Below are positions 37,071 through 49,637 of a stretch of DNA of 64,000 bases, one piece after another; the stretch's first letter is position 1, and each line of letters starts with the position of its first letter. A program made the translations under genes and the position numbers. This stretch comes from Epithemia pelagica (taxonomy: Eukaryota; Protista; Bacillariophyta), in assembly GCA_946965045.2 (NCBI GenBank), contig OX337236.1:3534001-3598000 (forward strand), read 5' to 3'. Under the pieces are notes generated by a model that was not told the DNA's origin, searched no databases, and worked only from the letters and a program-made list of their open reading frames with translations.

Positions 37071-37636
37071 TCAAAAGATCTACGTAATCGTCCGGGAATG
37101 GACCCGGGACTCACATTCGGAAGTAGGAGATCGGCCGAAGAAAAGATGAGCATCATTCATCTTGAGAATTTGTCCCTCAAAGGACAAGAACGACGGGCAT
37201 CCAAACAAGATGCTCACGAACGATACAACAAAGACAACGCGTCATCGTCATGAGCGTTTAGAAGTGACAAACCGGCCCAATTCAACTGATACAGGCCAAA
37301 AGAATAACTGGCATTGCCTAAAAGGAACAACGGCCAAGAACGGGCAGGAGACACCCATTTAGGAAAACAAGATCGATGGACGATTGAACTATCGCCCAAC
37401 CATCGACTCAACGCATCAAAAGAAAAGACCTCAACGCCTTAGGCTGCAACACGCTAGATTAACCAAATAAACTCACAACTTAACTTCGTTTACACGGGTT
37501 GAGCTCTTTCTCTTTTACCTACGGTAGGGAGAAAACAACAGGTCGAAAATCGTCGTTGTCATCGTTTTATAATGGGTTTGATCCAGCATGTCTGCACAGA
37601 GCGAGAGCAAAAAATGATCTTCGTTGTGCCGCAGTT

Positions 37637-37782
37637 CCACCTCGGCGGAGATCATGTGAGTGCGTACAATCTTTTCTAGTCGGAAGTGTATGCGAAGCGC
37701 GAGGAACCATCCCACCTCGGCGGGGAACATGTGAGTCCGTACAATCTTCTCTATCCTGAAGTGTATGCGAAGCGCGAGGAAC
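37637..37782 (+). repeat. 75-bp diverged tandem duplication
   Basis: CCACCTCGGCGG...GTACAATCTT...GAAGTGTATGCGAAGCGCGAGGAAC at 37637 and 37712. Confidence 0.8.
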
Positions 37783-38634
37783 TCAATCGCAAGTCGCAAC
37801 AAAAGTCGCAACCTCCTGCAAGGGGGTTCGGATTTTCAATTCTCAGACAGACAGTGTCAGTTCTGTGTCGTCATCTACAGCATCCCATCATACAGACAGT
37901 GATACTTACTCGTACATGTGACATGTGGACATGTGACACAACACGAGACGAAAAGAAGAGAAAGAAGGACGAACTACGGTGACTGTTCGACGGCCAGACG
38001 ACGTCGGCCCCGTGTCGTCGACACATATCGTCATGACAATGGACGAGATGGACCGACTGTCGGTGTGTTCCACAGTTGGAAGCTTTTCAACCCCATCAGA
38101 TGAAGAATTGCGCAACTCTACAGCAATCGTTCCGCCGTCCTTACCTGCATCATGCTCGTTTGTCTTTACTTGTCGGTGTTTTTCTTAAAAGACGCCGAAC
38201 TCAACTGTTCACTGTTTGTCTGTACCGCACCAAGCCATGTCAGCAGCACATGGTCTTGGTCTTTTGGTCCTTTGTATTGCTGCGGTTCTTCGCAAGAGGC
38301 ACCACGAAGATGTATTCCGAAAGTTATACATGGCGATGAAACTGACCTGAGCCAGTAATAGCAGTATGGAACAACAACATGAAGTTTCTTCCGGTATCAA
38401 AAACACTTCCACGGTACTCCGAACAAGAATGCGTGATCTTCGTCATTGCGTGGCTACGGTCACGATTTGTCTTGTGACGAAAGCTCCTACCCCTCTTTGG
38501 TCCATCCATTTCATCAAGTCAGTCGTGCTTCCAGTCCGCACCCATCAACACCACAACCGCAGAGCAAACCTACGTGCCTGTTACAAGACAGTACCTCGAT
38601 CCCCATAAATTCTGCAGTGGAAACGTTTGCAACC

Positions 38635-39804
38635 ATGGCCACCACACTGAAAGAACAAGCATGGCAGTCGGGCCTTGTCCTGTTGGACGAGACACCTGAA
38701 TGGAATTTCGAGGACTGGCCTCCTCTCGAGGGTGGATGGCGTTATCGTCATGCTACGGTTGTACTAGATCATCCCGATACGGACGGCAACGACAACAACC
38801 CGAAGAGACAAACGGTCGTCGTGATGGGAGGACGTCAACAAGGCGAATATGTCACCAATTCCGTTCTTGTATTGAACTTGGCCAACCCAAACAAACAGTG
38901 GCGAGAAGGGCCACCTATGAACAAGAGTCGTCGAGGACATGCCGCTGTTGTGTGCAACAGAGCCGTCTACGTGATGGGAGGATATGCTGACAATTCAATG
39001 TTCGATTGCATGGAACGCATTGATGCCAATGATTTGCTGCAATCATCTTCGACATCAAGCAGTTCAAAGAAGAGCCATTTGACGACATTGAATTGTCGAT
39101 TATCAACGGGTCGATGTGGATGTTGTGCTGTTGCGGTTCACAACCGATACATCGTTGTAATTGGTGGTTATGACGGTAGTCGAACGTTTTCGTCGGTGGA
39201 TATTATTGATACCAGGCACCACACTGTCACTGCGGGGCCAAGCATGACTGTTCCACGACGATTTTGTACCAGCGCGGTTATTGGTCACCGCATCTTTGTC
39301 GTTGGAAGCCATGGTGAGCATGGCAATGTTGACTCGGTGGAGTACTTGGACTATGCAACACCCTGGGACAATCATGAGACAAAGGAGCAAACTGGCTCGA
39401 CATTCATTTCTTTCTCACCCACCTGGACCACTCAGTCGGAGTTGAGGCTTTCCAATGCACGAAGTTGTTATGCAATGGTTGCCGTGGGATCTTGTCTAGT
39501 GGTGACTGGAGGATACGAATCATCCGTGGAGGTCTTGGATACGCATCACAACTGCATGTGGAATCTCCCACCATTCGGAAATGACCGCATTGGCTGCAGT
39601 ATGGTGACTGTTGCAAATCAAGTTGCCGTGATTGGTGGATGGATAAATCCTTCATGTGCAACATTACCACTAATGGATAGGAATTCGTGGTGTTTTCGTC
39701 GACTCTGTGAGCAGCCTCGGAACGAATGGTACGAGTTTCGGGATGGAATGGGTATCCGAAAGAACCAAGGACCACGTGAAGCCCAACACATGTCATTACG
39801 ATAG
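38635..39804 (+). CDS. Kelch-repeat protein K9 (propeller intact, tail replaced)
   Basis: Open ORF MATTLKEQ...RRLCEQPRNEWYEFRDGMGIRKNQGPREAQHMSLR*. Sequence departs from paralogs after ~39760. Confidence 0.88.
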   Translation: MATTLKEQAWQSGLVLLDETPEWNFEDWPPLEGGWRYRHATVVLDHPDTDGNDNNPKRQTVVVMGGRQQGEYVTNSVLVLNLANPNKQWREGPPMNKSRRGHAAVVCNRAVYVMGGYADNSMFDCMERIDANDLLQSSSTSSSSKKSHLTTLNCRLSTGRCGCCAVAVHNRYIVVIGGYDGSRTFSSVDIIDTRHHTVTAGPSMTVPRRFCTSAVIGHRIFVVGSHGEHGNVDSVEYLDYATPWDNHETKEQTGSTFISFSPTWTTQSELRLSNARSCYAMVAVGSCLVVTGGYESSVEVLDTHHNCMWNLPPFGNDRIGCSMVTVANQVAVIGGWINPSCATLPLMDRNSWCFRRLCEQPRNEWYEFRDGMGIRKNQGPREAQHMSLR

Positions 39805-42458
39805 AGGACAGGATGAGACACAGAAGTTTTGTCCTTTAACCGTCGTCTTGTTTTCTACATTCAATTGGAATCCTAGTAACTAATGGTAACTCATAAGTAG
39901 ACAGAACATGTTGCCAGAGATAGAAGGTAGTCTGATGCGATTGCAGCATTGTAGATTGCACTTACTGGTGTCTTTGTTTGCTTGTTCTTGTCCACAACGT
40001 AGGGTTCCATTGTGCCTTGTTTCTTTCGTTTGTGTTTCTGCTATGAAACTTTTGCTGCGAACCGCGACCTTTCGTAGACCTGCTGGTTAATCCTATCGCC
40101 TATCCATGCCGTGTTCTGGCTGCGCCGCCGTACCACTTGTCTTGGGTGGTGGGACACTTGTCTTGGTTTTTGTGCCGAATCAGCAATCGACCTTGGAGTA
40201 TCGTTTTGATGAGCATCGAGCAGTCACAGTACGCAAAGCAACAACAGTACCATCACTGTTGGACGAATACTCTCACGGCCATTGTACATGCGAACGAATT
40301 ATGCAGCAGTAGAGTAGAGTCCACAAGGAAGAAAATGTGAATCACGTCATGGCCGTTTTGGAATCATTGTCGCTGACACCACATGATATGAATCCTACAA
40401 AGACGATTCGACAGAGGACGATCCACGGACAACTATCCACACAACGTTGAAGAAAGAGAGATTCGTGGTTTCAGAATAAGAGATTGAATCGAGACTTGGT
40501 CCACGCGTTCATTGGCCGTCGTCAACATCCGTTGTTGCAGTTGAAGCAAGGTTGGTAGGGCATGCCGATAGGCGGGTACACACCAAACCGCCGTTCCGAC
40601 AAGAACAGTTCCATGGTTGCGCGAAGCAACCGATGCAGCACGGAGTATATGACTTTCCCTTGTCTATGACTGATGAGAAACCATTGTCCGCCATTTCCTT
40701 GTTGTTGCAAAAATCGAGCGGGCTCCCCTGTTTGTTGTGAATGCCGTAATGCCTGGTAAATCGAGCGAGCCACTGCACCATGTGCCGTTCACAGGAGCGT
40801 TATGGGTGTTGACAAAGGCTTTAGACTGTGTCGATTCAAACGACATGACAAAATTCAAAATTGCCAGAATGACCCTTGTGCATCAAATCCTTGACAAGGC
40901 CCGAATAGTGCGATTCACTCAACCGGTTCGCAATGTTGAGTTGCCCACATATACTGATGCGCCGCGAGTAAAATCCCACATCGACCAACGAGGCTATCGC
41001 AGTGGCACGGATCCAGAAATCAGAACGGCAACGGCACGGAGCAGCCACCATCCACCACAGTGTCGATTCGAACTTGAGGGTCCATACAAAACCTCTCGCG
41101 AATGACTTGCGCTCCTTGATCTGTGACTTGAGTGTTGATCAATCTTGGCAACCGCAATTCAACTGTCACGGATTGGACGAGGCCACTTGATGGTTGTTGT
41201 TATCTGTCATCGTTTCCGGACGAGACATGTGGGTCAAATTGCTCGATGAGAGGTCAAGTCGTCCTCGTCATCGCCGTCATCGTCTCGTCGATGTTATGGA
41301 GTAAAGTCCCCAGCGGGGGTGAGGAGTCGGGTCGCATGTGTGTCGTGCTTGTGGTGTTCAAACTACTCTCATTCACTAATCCTCATGACTCAACTCCCAT
41401 GGGTCGACGTGCTGTACGTCGAATATTTTGTAGAGTAAAAAATATTTCAAACGCTAGGATTGTTCCGTGGCGTCGACGACAATGGACGATGTGTGGAATG
41501 TGGGCAACCCAACACTGCGCAACCTTACAGCATTCGTATTACCGCCACACATCATGGATGCCATGACTTTGGACGCTTGTCCGTCTCAACCCGCCGATGC
41601 CGTGTAGTACTGTCCTGTCATTCAAACAACTTTCTTCCCAGAGGATTCGGAAGCCCACCCATGTCTCCATCCACGGCCTGTGGGCAGTTTCGTTTCATCT
41701 CGTCGACTCGGAATGCGTAAGAAACCAACAACCAGACAGACTGGAGCCTTCATTGCATGTTTGTACATTCCAACAACAACAACAACAACACATCACCTTC
41801 ATCACTGTTACGGGCATTCTGCGCTTACGCTTCAAGGCCGGCAGCAACTGGATTTTCCTGTTTTGTCAAGTTTCTTCCTCTTCTTGGAAACGAATTTTAA
41901 AAGGACTCTAGACTTGTCTCGACCAGAATTGTTCCACTTGGTCCTCAAAGCCACATGGTGGCCACCTCTTCTTGCTGGCACCCACCAACAAATTGTTGTT
42001 CTACTACTAGAGGGGGATGGGAAACAAACTTTGGTTGTAGGCAATGGGCATCCCCAGTGGTGTTCTGCAAATCGAGAGAATGACAGAGGAGCACGCACAT
42101 GCCCTACTGTTGTAATATGCTAGTTCCCAAGGGCGTTTGGCAAAGCTCCGACAATGACGGAAACGAGAGACGTATTGCTGGGATTCTTTGCGAGAGGCAC
42201 CACGATGCACTGTGAACTACTCGGACGACGCATTCCAAAACTTCCACGGTACTCAGAACAGGAATGGGTGATCTTTTTCATTGCGTGGCTACGGTCACGA
42301 TTTGTCTCGTGCCGAAAGCTCCTGTCCATCCATTTCGTCAAGTCAGTCGTGCTTCCAGTCCGCACCCATCACAATCACAACAGCAGAGCAAACCTACCTG
42401 CCTCTTACAAGACAGTGTCTCGATCATCATAAATTCTGTAGTCGAAACGTTTGCAACC

Positions 42459-43679
42459 ATGACCACAACACTGAAAGAACGAGCATGGCTGTCAGGCCTT
42501 GTCCTTTCCGACAAGACACCCGAGTGGAATTTCGAGGACTTGCCTCCGCTTGAGGGTGGATGGCGAGAGTATCATACATCGGTCGTGCTAAATCATCTCG
42601 GTGCGGACAACAACAGACAAACCATTGTCGTGTTGGGTGGATGCCGAGCAGGTCAAGGCGAGCTCGATTCAGTTCTTGTACTGAATTTAGCAGACCCAAA
42701 GAAGCAGTGGCGAGAAGGGCTATCCATGAACAAGGCACGTTATAAACATGCTGCTGTTGTGTGCAATAGAGGGGTCTACGTGATGGGAGGATACACTAAT
42801 AGATATTCAAGTTTGGATTGTATCGAACAAATTAATGCCACCGATTTGCTCCAACCATCTTCGACATCAAGCAGTTCGAAGAAGAGCCATTGGACGACAT
42901 TGACATGCCGGTTATCAGTGGAACGATCAGGATGTTGTGCTGTCGCGGTTGACAATCGATATATTGTTGTTATGGGTGGCTATTACAACGATCGCTATTT
43001 GTCGTCAGTGGATATTATTGATACCAACAATCACATTGTCACTGCTGGACCATCTATGAATCTTCCACGAGCATGCTGTTCCAGTGCGGTCATTGGGCAC
43101 CGTATCTTTGTCGTTGGAGGACGTAATGAGCATGGCAATCTTGACTCGGTAGAGTATTTGGACGACACAACACCCTGTGACAGTGTTGAGACAAAAAAGG
43201 AAACTGGCTTGACGTTCATTTCTTTCTCACCCACCTGGACCACTCATTCGGAGTTGGGGCTTTCCAATGCACGATTATCTTGTGCAATGGTTGCGATGGG
43301 ATCCTGTCTGGTTGTGACGGGAGGATTCGAATCATCTGTGGAAGTGTTGGATACGCGCCGCAACCGTGTGTGGAATCTCCCTGGACTGCAAGAAGATCGT
43401 TGGGGCTGCAGTATGGTGTCTGTTGCTAATCAAGTTGCCGTGATTGGTGGATGGCAAATTCCTTCCTGTGCGACATTGCCACTAATCGACAAGAATACAT
43501 GGTGCTTTCGTCGACTCTGTGAGCAGCAGCCCAATCGATGGTATCATTCTCTTGAAGGTTTGGGTATGCGAGATGATGATATCTCACCCTTCTCCACATC
43601 GACATTAGCTTGTAAACGCGCAAGGTCCGATACTCACCGTGGTGATGAAGGGACGGATGAAAACCTAGACGTTTTGTAA
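42459..43679 (+). CDS. Kelch-repeat protein K10 (intact)
   Basis: Open ORF MTTTLKERAWLSG...CKRARSDTHRGDEGTDENLDVL*. Confidence 0.9.
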   Translation: MTTTLKERAWLSGLVLSDKTPEWNFEDLPPLEGGWREYHTSVVLNHLGADNNRQTIVVLGGCRAGQGELDSVLVLNLADPKKQWREGLSMNKARYKHAAVVCNRGVYVMGGYTNRYSSLDCIEQINATDLLQPSSTSSSSKKSHWTTLTCRLSVERSGCCAVAVDNRYIVVMGGYYNDRYLSSVDIIDTNNHIVTAGPSMNLPRACCSSAVIGHRIFVVGGRNEHGNLDSVEYLDDTTPCDSVETKKETGLTFISFSPTWTTHSELGLSNARLSCAMVAMGSCLVVTGGFESSVEVLDTRRNRVWNLPGLQEDRWGCSMVSVANQVAVIGGWQIPSCATLPLIDKNTWCFRRLCEQQPNRWYHSLEGLGMRDDDISPFSTSTLACKRARSDTHRGDEGTDENLDVL

Positions 43680-45115
43680 TAAGTCATTGACTTGTTTTCT
43701 ATGTTCGATTGCAAAACCTAGTTAGTGTTTACTCAAAAGTAGAAAGAACCTGTTGCAAGATAGAATGTGCTTGTTTGTTGTCAAAGGCATGGAAGGAACG
43801 ATCCGACTTGTGTGTGTCTACGAGTGGTACTACGCCTTGGCCATGACCTTGTGGTGGTATCATGGCACTTCTTTACACGGCAAACCGTCATCGATTGGTA
43901 ACTGTGGTAGCTACGGCAAGAACCGACTGTGTTGTATTCCAAAAAAGTTCTCAAATTGGCTTTGTTTCAATTTTCTAGAGTTTGATGAATCCGACAAAAG
44001 GACGAAACAGGTGGATCCAAAAGTCCGATGATGAGAGGATCAGGAGCAGAAGCACGACAAGGCAACACTTTGTTGGACCGGATGAGGCCCGCTTCTGATG
44101 GTTTGATTTTTGGATGGAAGCAAGGAGGGAGGACCGTGTCATGTCCAATCCCGACACGATAACCAAGAACAGTGTCCCTTTCGGAGGAGTCACCATGCGA
44201 CCGAATGTGTTCGATTCTTCACCATCAAGTTTCCTGCTTCCATGGTGGATCGGCGGAACCCTACGTCCAGAGACGTATACCGCAACCGTTTTTGCAAGAC
44301 CCTCTTGGCTACGATCGAACAGCCCACGTTGTCTCCTGCGAATGGAATTTCGTCTCGTCAGGAGGACAGTTGCAACAAGGACAGTAAAGTCCCTCCAGAA
44401 CAAATCCAAGAGGAACCCACCAAATCGGATCGGTCGTGCCAGTTGTCGTAATGGACCAGCACGACAACAGGGAATCCAGCCTTGTCGTTGACACACCACA
44501 ACCTCCCGAACTACCAACGCAGCAACAAAGAAGAAGGCCCTCATTGTTCTTCCTCCAATTGAACGAAATGGACGGTATCATTGTCGTGGAACCAACTGTG
44601 TTGAACTCCGTCTTGGAAGTTGGAATTTGTGGGCACTTTCGTGCCATGGACGACGACGAGTCAGGAAACATCCACCACCACTATTTCCTGTCGCAGCATG
44701 GCTCGTTCGATCGATCATGCCTGGAAACAAGCTCCTCCTCATCGCGATGTCGTGCCCCTCAATGCCAGATCCGCCGAAACCTTCTTGCACGATTACAACA
44801 CTGTCGTACAAGAGTACTCTACCTCCACTTTGTGCCTCGCACTGACCTATTCATCATACAAAAGGACCTCTTCATCCCAAATAATGTTGTCGCTCTCTCT
44901 CTCGTCGTCGACCAAAAGATACTTTTCTTGGGGCTTGTCATGAAATCTATGTGCGATTGATTGTCCTTCACCATCGTACGCAGGACAGGCACACCTTTTC
45001 TGTCTCCATAAAAAACACACCGCGGTCTCCACGCAAAAAAGCAAAGCTTCCACGCGTTGCTGTATTATTATTACAAAAATACCCTCTGTCAACGTATTAG
45101 TAAAGCGCCGTGACC

Positions 45116-46255
45116 ATGACAACGATACTGAAAGAAGAAGCATGGCAGTCGGGCCTTGTCCTGTTAGACGAGACACCTGAATGGAATTTCGAGGACTGGC
45201 CTCCTCTTGTGGGTGGATGGCGTGCAGGTCATGCTTCGGTCGTACTGAATCATACCGATAACAACCAAGAACAAACGGTCGTCGTGTTGGGTGGATATCC
45301 ACCAGGTCAAGGCGAGCTAGATTCCATTCTTGTCTTAAACTTGGCAGAATCAAACAAGCAGTGGCGAGAAGGGCCACCCATGAACAAGAAACGTGCTGGA
45401 CATGCCGCTGCTGTGTGCAATGGAGGCATTTACGTGATGGGAGGAGACAATGGAGGTTCAGATTTGAATTGCATGGAACGAATCGACGCCAATGATTTGC
45501 TTCGATCATCCTTAACAACCACCACCACGCAGGATAGTCATTGGACAACATTGAATTGTCGCTTATCAACGCCACGATGGGGATGTGGTGCAGTCGCGGT
45601 TCACAACAGATACATCGTTGTAATGGGTGGCTACAACGATCGTTATTTGTCGTCGGTGGATATTATAGATACAAACAACCACACTGTCACTGCGGGACCA
45701 TCCATGACTGTTCCACGACAACTTTGTGGCAGTGCGGTGATTGGCCACCGCATCTTTGTCGTTGGAGGTTGGAACGGTAATGAATATCTTGACTCGGTGA
45801 AGTATTTGGACTATGCAACACCCTTTGACAATGATGAGACAGAAAAGGAGATAGGCTCGACGTTCATGTCTTTCTCGTCCACTTGGATCACTCAGTCGGA
45901 GTTGAGGCTTTCCAATCCACGAAGTTGTTATGCAATGGTTGCCGTGGGATCTTGTCTAGTGGTGACTGGAGGATACGAATCATCCGTGGAGGTCTTGGAT
46001 ACGAACCGCAACTGCGTGTGGAATCTTCCACCATTCGCATATCACCGCGATGGCTGCAGTATGGTGACTGTTGCCAATCAAGTTGCCGTGATTGGTGGAC
46101 TCCGCAATCCTTCCTGTGCAACATTACCACTTCTGGATAGAAATTCATGGTGTTTTTGTCGACTCTGTGAGCAGCAACCGAACGGATGGCATCATTCTCT
46201 TGAACGTGTGGGTATCCGAGATGATGATATCTCACCCTTCTTCACCTCGGCATGA
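45116..46255 (+). CDS. Kelch-repeat protein K11 (tail truncated)
   Basis: Open through all blades; TCA>TGA stop just before the KRAR tail. Confidence 0.88.
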   Translation: MTTILKEEAWQSGLVLLDETPEWNFEDWPPLVGGWRAGHASVVLNHTDNNQEQTVVVLGGYPPGQGELDSILVLNLAESNKQWREGPPMNKKRAGHAAAVCNGGIYVMGGDNGGSDLNCMERIDANDLLRSSLTTTTTQDSHWTTLNCRLSTPRWGCGAVAVHNRYIVVMGGYNDRYLSSVDIIDTNNHTVTAGPSMTVPRQLCGSAVIGHRIFVVGGWNGNEYLDSVKYLDYATPFDNDETEKEIGSTFMSFSSTWITQSELRLSNPRSCYAMVAVGSCLVVTGGYESSVEVLDTNRNCVWNLPPFAYHRDGCSMVTVANQVAVIGGLRNPSCATLPLLDRNSWCFCRLCEQQPNGWHHSLERVGIRDDDISPFFTSA

Positions 46256-48560
46256 GCTCGTAAACGAGCAAGGCCCAATACATGCCAGAATGATAGAGGG
46301 AATGATGAAGCCTAGCCGTTTATTTCTCGAGTGGTTGACTTGTTTTCTACATTCGATTGCAATCTTAGAACCTAGTAGGTAGTTACTCAAAAGTAGAAAG
46401 AACATGTTGCAAGAAAGAGGGTGCTTGTTTGTTGTCAAAGATGTGGAAAGAACGACCAATTTTTTGTCTCTTAAAGTGGTAGTGCCAGGGCTTTGTGGTG
46501 GCATCTTGACACTTTGTAGGACACAGAGACATGGTCCATGGATCGGCAGCCGTCAAGGGACGCCGGAAGCCGACAGTGGTGCACTCCAGAAAGGACGAGT
46601 TTCGCATCGATTTCGTAGCCAAGGGCAATACGGTTGGTCGCCATTTTGTGTCCACTACTATTGAGTAGTGTAGAGTACTCTTAGTGTTCGTGACCGGGCA
46701 AATTCAGGCATGTATTTTTGACATTGTGGTTGCCGTGACTGTCAAGGGTGCGCCATCTTGTCGTTTCTTGGCTTGGGATGCTGTTGCTACGACACCATTT
46801 TGCTGTGGACCACCACCATTGGCGGATCATCTGTTACCATCCAAACAATACCTGAAGAACACCGATGGAGACTCTCCGCAGTAATCGGTTGTGATATTGG
46901 TGGACTTCTTGTCTGGTTTGAGTAAAGAAGCATGTGTAGTCCTGGCGGTTCTTGCCGCATCGGCTTGTTCCTCTTGTGGTTGGTTCCTCCTTGTTGGAGC
47001 GACAAATCACTCGACGCGGTGAAGGTAGTGGTGGTGCTACTGTGTCAGTCGTTTCAGTCTGGGGTGCTGGTGGAACGTGTTCCAAAATAACCAACTTGTC
47101 GTGGTTGTCGTTACTTGGTCCACACCAATTGCCGATGATCGATCGAAACCAATCATTCAGTACTATTGGATATTGCGAGAAGGAGGACAAAACGGGATGC
47201 CTGTTGTGCATCCTACGATTGTTGTTGTTGCTGTTTTGGTCCTGTTGGTGGATCGGGAATCATGATTTTTCTTTTCTTGTCATGCTCCTTGATGAAAGAG
47301 CAGGATGGTTGTCGTCATCATATCGTAGTACAATCAAGTGACTGCATTGTCTTTGCTCCTTTCCTCCACGAACCATGAGTTTCGACATATGGTCGTGCTC
47401 CATGTTTTGGCTTGGTTCATGGTCGTGGTCGATGAATCCGACAAAAGGACGAAAAGGAAGAGTAAAAGCACGAATGGAGAAACCTTGTGGACCCTGTAGC
47501 CCGCTTCTCTGATGGTTCTTTTTTAGAAATCGAGCATAATTGGTTGCTGCTGCTCTACATTCCTCGTCGTCATGTGAAGAACGAATCATTGTTGATTGAG
47601 CAAAGACGGAATGGAACTGTCGTTGAGAAGCAAGGGGAAGCAACCAGTCTCTCGACTGGCACTACCAGGTCGACAGTTGTTCAATGGAACTTGGTGTGGG
47701 TGCCTCTTGTCGTCTGTTGTTGGTTCAAAAAACATCGCGGTACCCTATTCTGGCCTTTGGAGGAACGGGAAGCAACACTGCAAGAAGCGCCTGAAACGTT
47801 CTTGCAATTGGACTGTTAATCTTGGTCATCCGTTCGTCGGAGCTACTATCTTCATTTTTGTCAGTGTCCTTCTCTTCGTCCTGTTTGCCGTGTTCCGACT
47901 GGCTAGCATGTATGATGGTACTGCATCGTTTGTTTTGGGGGATCTGATGTCTAGTCATTCGAGATCTGCAATGGGAACCGCCAATTTGCTCATTCTTGAG
48001 AATTTGCGATTCTTGTCGCCGTCTTGTCTTATGAGTTCAGTCACTCCATCTTGTCGATGAACGGTCTTCTCTTCAGGCTCGATACTAACATATATACTCT
48101 TGTTTGTGCTCTTACTGCCTTGTCTCCTCGAATGCAGGCGTCTGCTGCTGTTGCAACAAGGAAAGCGACTCAAAATGGGATAAATGGCATGTTCCTTCTG
48201 GTCCATCATGTCGTCGAATTCTCGTCTCTGTGTAGTTGTGCTTGTGACCTTGTTTCCGTCACAAAGTGATGCCCATTCGAAGTCAAGAAGACCACTCTCT
48301 GTTGTTGTTGTTGTGAGCAGTCTGTATGGACGAGATGACTCAGAAATTAGGGATTGTTGATCTGTGGATGTTGGATTACCAATCTGTGGACCTCTTCGTC
48401 ACATATTAGGATGTCGCTCTCTCGTCGTCGTATTATATCAGAGCGAAAGATACTTTTGGGGGCTTGTCATGTAATCTATGTGCGATTGACTGCCATTCAT
48501 CGTACCGTCTCCACGCGTTGCTTTGTTACAAATATCGACGTTGTAGAGCGCCCCGTGACC

Positions 48561-49637
48561 ATGACAACGACTCTGCAAAAGCAAGCATGGCAGTCGGGCC
48601 TTCTCCTTTCGGAAAAGACACCAGAGTGGAATGAAGACGACTGGCCTCTTCTTTATGGTGGATGGCGTTTGTTTCATGCTTCGGTCGGACTCGATCATCC
48701 CGATGAAGACGACAATAACAACAACAAGGGACAAACGGTCGTCGTGTTGGGAGGTTTTCAACAAGGTCAAGGCCATGTCAAGTCGGTGCTTGTATTGTAT
48801 CTGGCAGACCCAGACAAGCAATGGCGAGAAGGGCCACCCATGAACCAGAAACGTGCTGGACATGGCGCTGTTGTGTGCAACGGAGCCGTCTACGTGATGG
48901 GTGGAAGCAATGCAGGTTCAAGTTTTGATTGCATAGAACGAATTGGCTCCACTGATTTGCTGCAACCATCTTCGACTTCAAGCATCACGCGTAAAAGCAG
49001 TTGGGTGACATTGACATGTCGTTTATCAACGGGCCGATGTGGATGTTGTGCTGTTGTGGTTCACAACCGATACATCGTTGTAATGGGTGGCTGGAACAGG
49101 GGTACATTGTGGTCGGTGGATATTATTGATACAAACAACCATACTGTCATTGCAGGACCAAGCATGACTGTTCCTCGACAATTGTGTGTCAGTGCGGTCA
49201 TTGGTAACCGCATCTTTGTTGTTGGAGGCTGTAACGAGGACGGCAATCTTGACTCAGTGGAGTATTTGGACTTCGCAAGGCCATGTGATCATGAAAAGAC
49301 AAACAAGGACACGGCTACCACATTGATTCCCTTCTCATCCACTTGGATTACTCATTCTCACTTGGTGCTTTCTAATGCACGAAGTTCTTGCGCAGTGGTT
49401 GCGATGGGCTCTTGTCTGGTGGTGGCGGGAGGACGAGGCAATTCAACTGTGGAAGTCTTGGATACGCACCGCAACCGTGTGTGGAATCTCTCGCTGTTGG
49501 GAAATGGCCGTGAGGGGTGCAGTCTAGTGACTATTGCCAATCAAATCACCATGATTGGTGGATGTGAGAATCGTACCAGTGCGACATTTTCATTAGTGGA
49601 CAAGCATACGTGGTGTTTTCGACGATTATGTGGGTAG
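48561..49637 (+). CDS. Kelch-repeat protein K12 (tail truncated)
   Basis: Open through all blades; CAG>TAG stop at 49635 after RRLCG. Confidence 0.85.
   Translation: MTTTLQKQAWQSGLLLSEKTPEWNEDDWPLLYGGWRLFHASVGLDHPDEDDNNNNKGQTVVVLGGFQQGQGHVKSVLVLYLADPDKQWREGPPMNQKRAGHGAVVCNGAVYVMGGSNAGSSFDCIERIGSTDLLQPSSTSSITRKSSWVTLTCRLSTGRCGCCAVVVHNRYIVVMGGWNRGTLWSVDIIDTNNHTVIAGPSMTVPRQLCVSAVIGNRIFVVGGCNEDGNLDSVEYLDFARPCDHEKTNKDTATTLIPFSSTWITHSHLVLSNARSSCAVVAMGSCLVVAGGRGNSTVEVLDTHRNRVWNLSLLGNGREGCSLVTIANQITMIGGCENRTSATFSLVDKHTWCFRRLCG

Noticed and set aside
1378-46235. Recurrent antisense and alternate-frame ORFs over the Kelch genes (e.g. 1378-1839, 24489-25190, 44847-45575)
   Set aside because: They are shadows of the duplicated Kelch coding sequence, with variable ends and no recognisable domain.
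1386-49637. Kelch array or spacer repeats as a CRISPR-like or diversity-generating-retroelement system
   Set aside because: No short regularly spaced repeats with unique spacers, no template/variable repeat pair with adenine-specific changes, and the only RT is copia-type.
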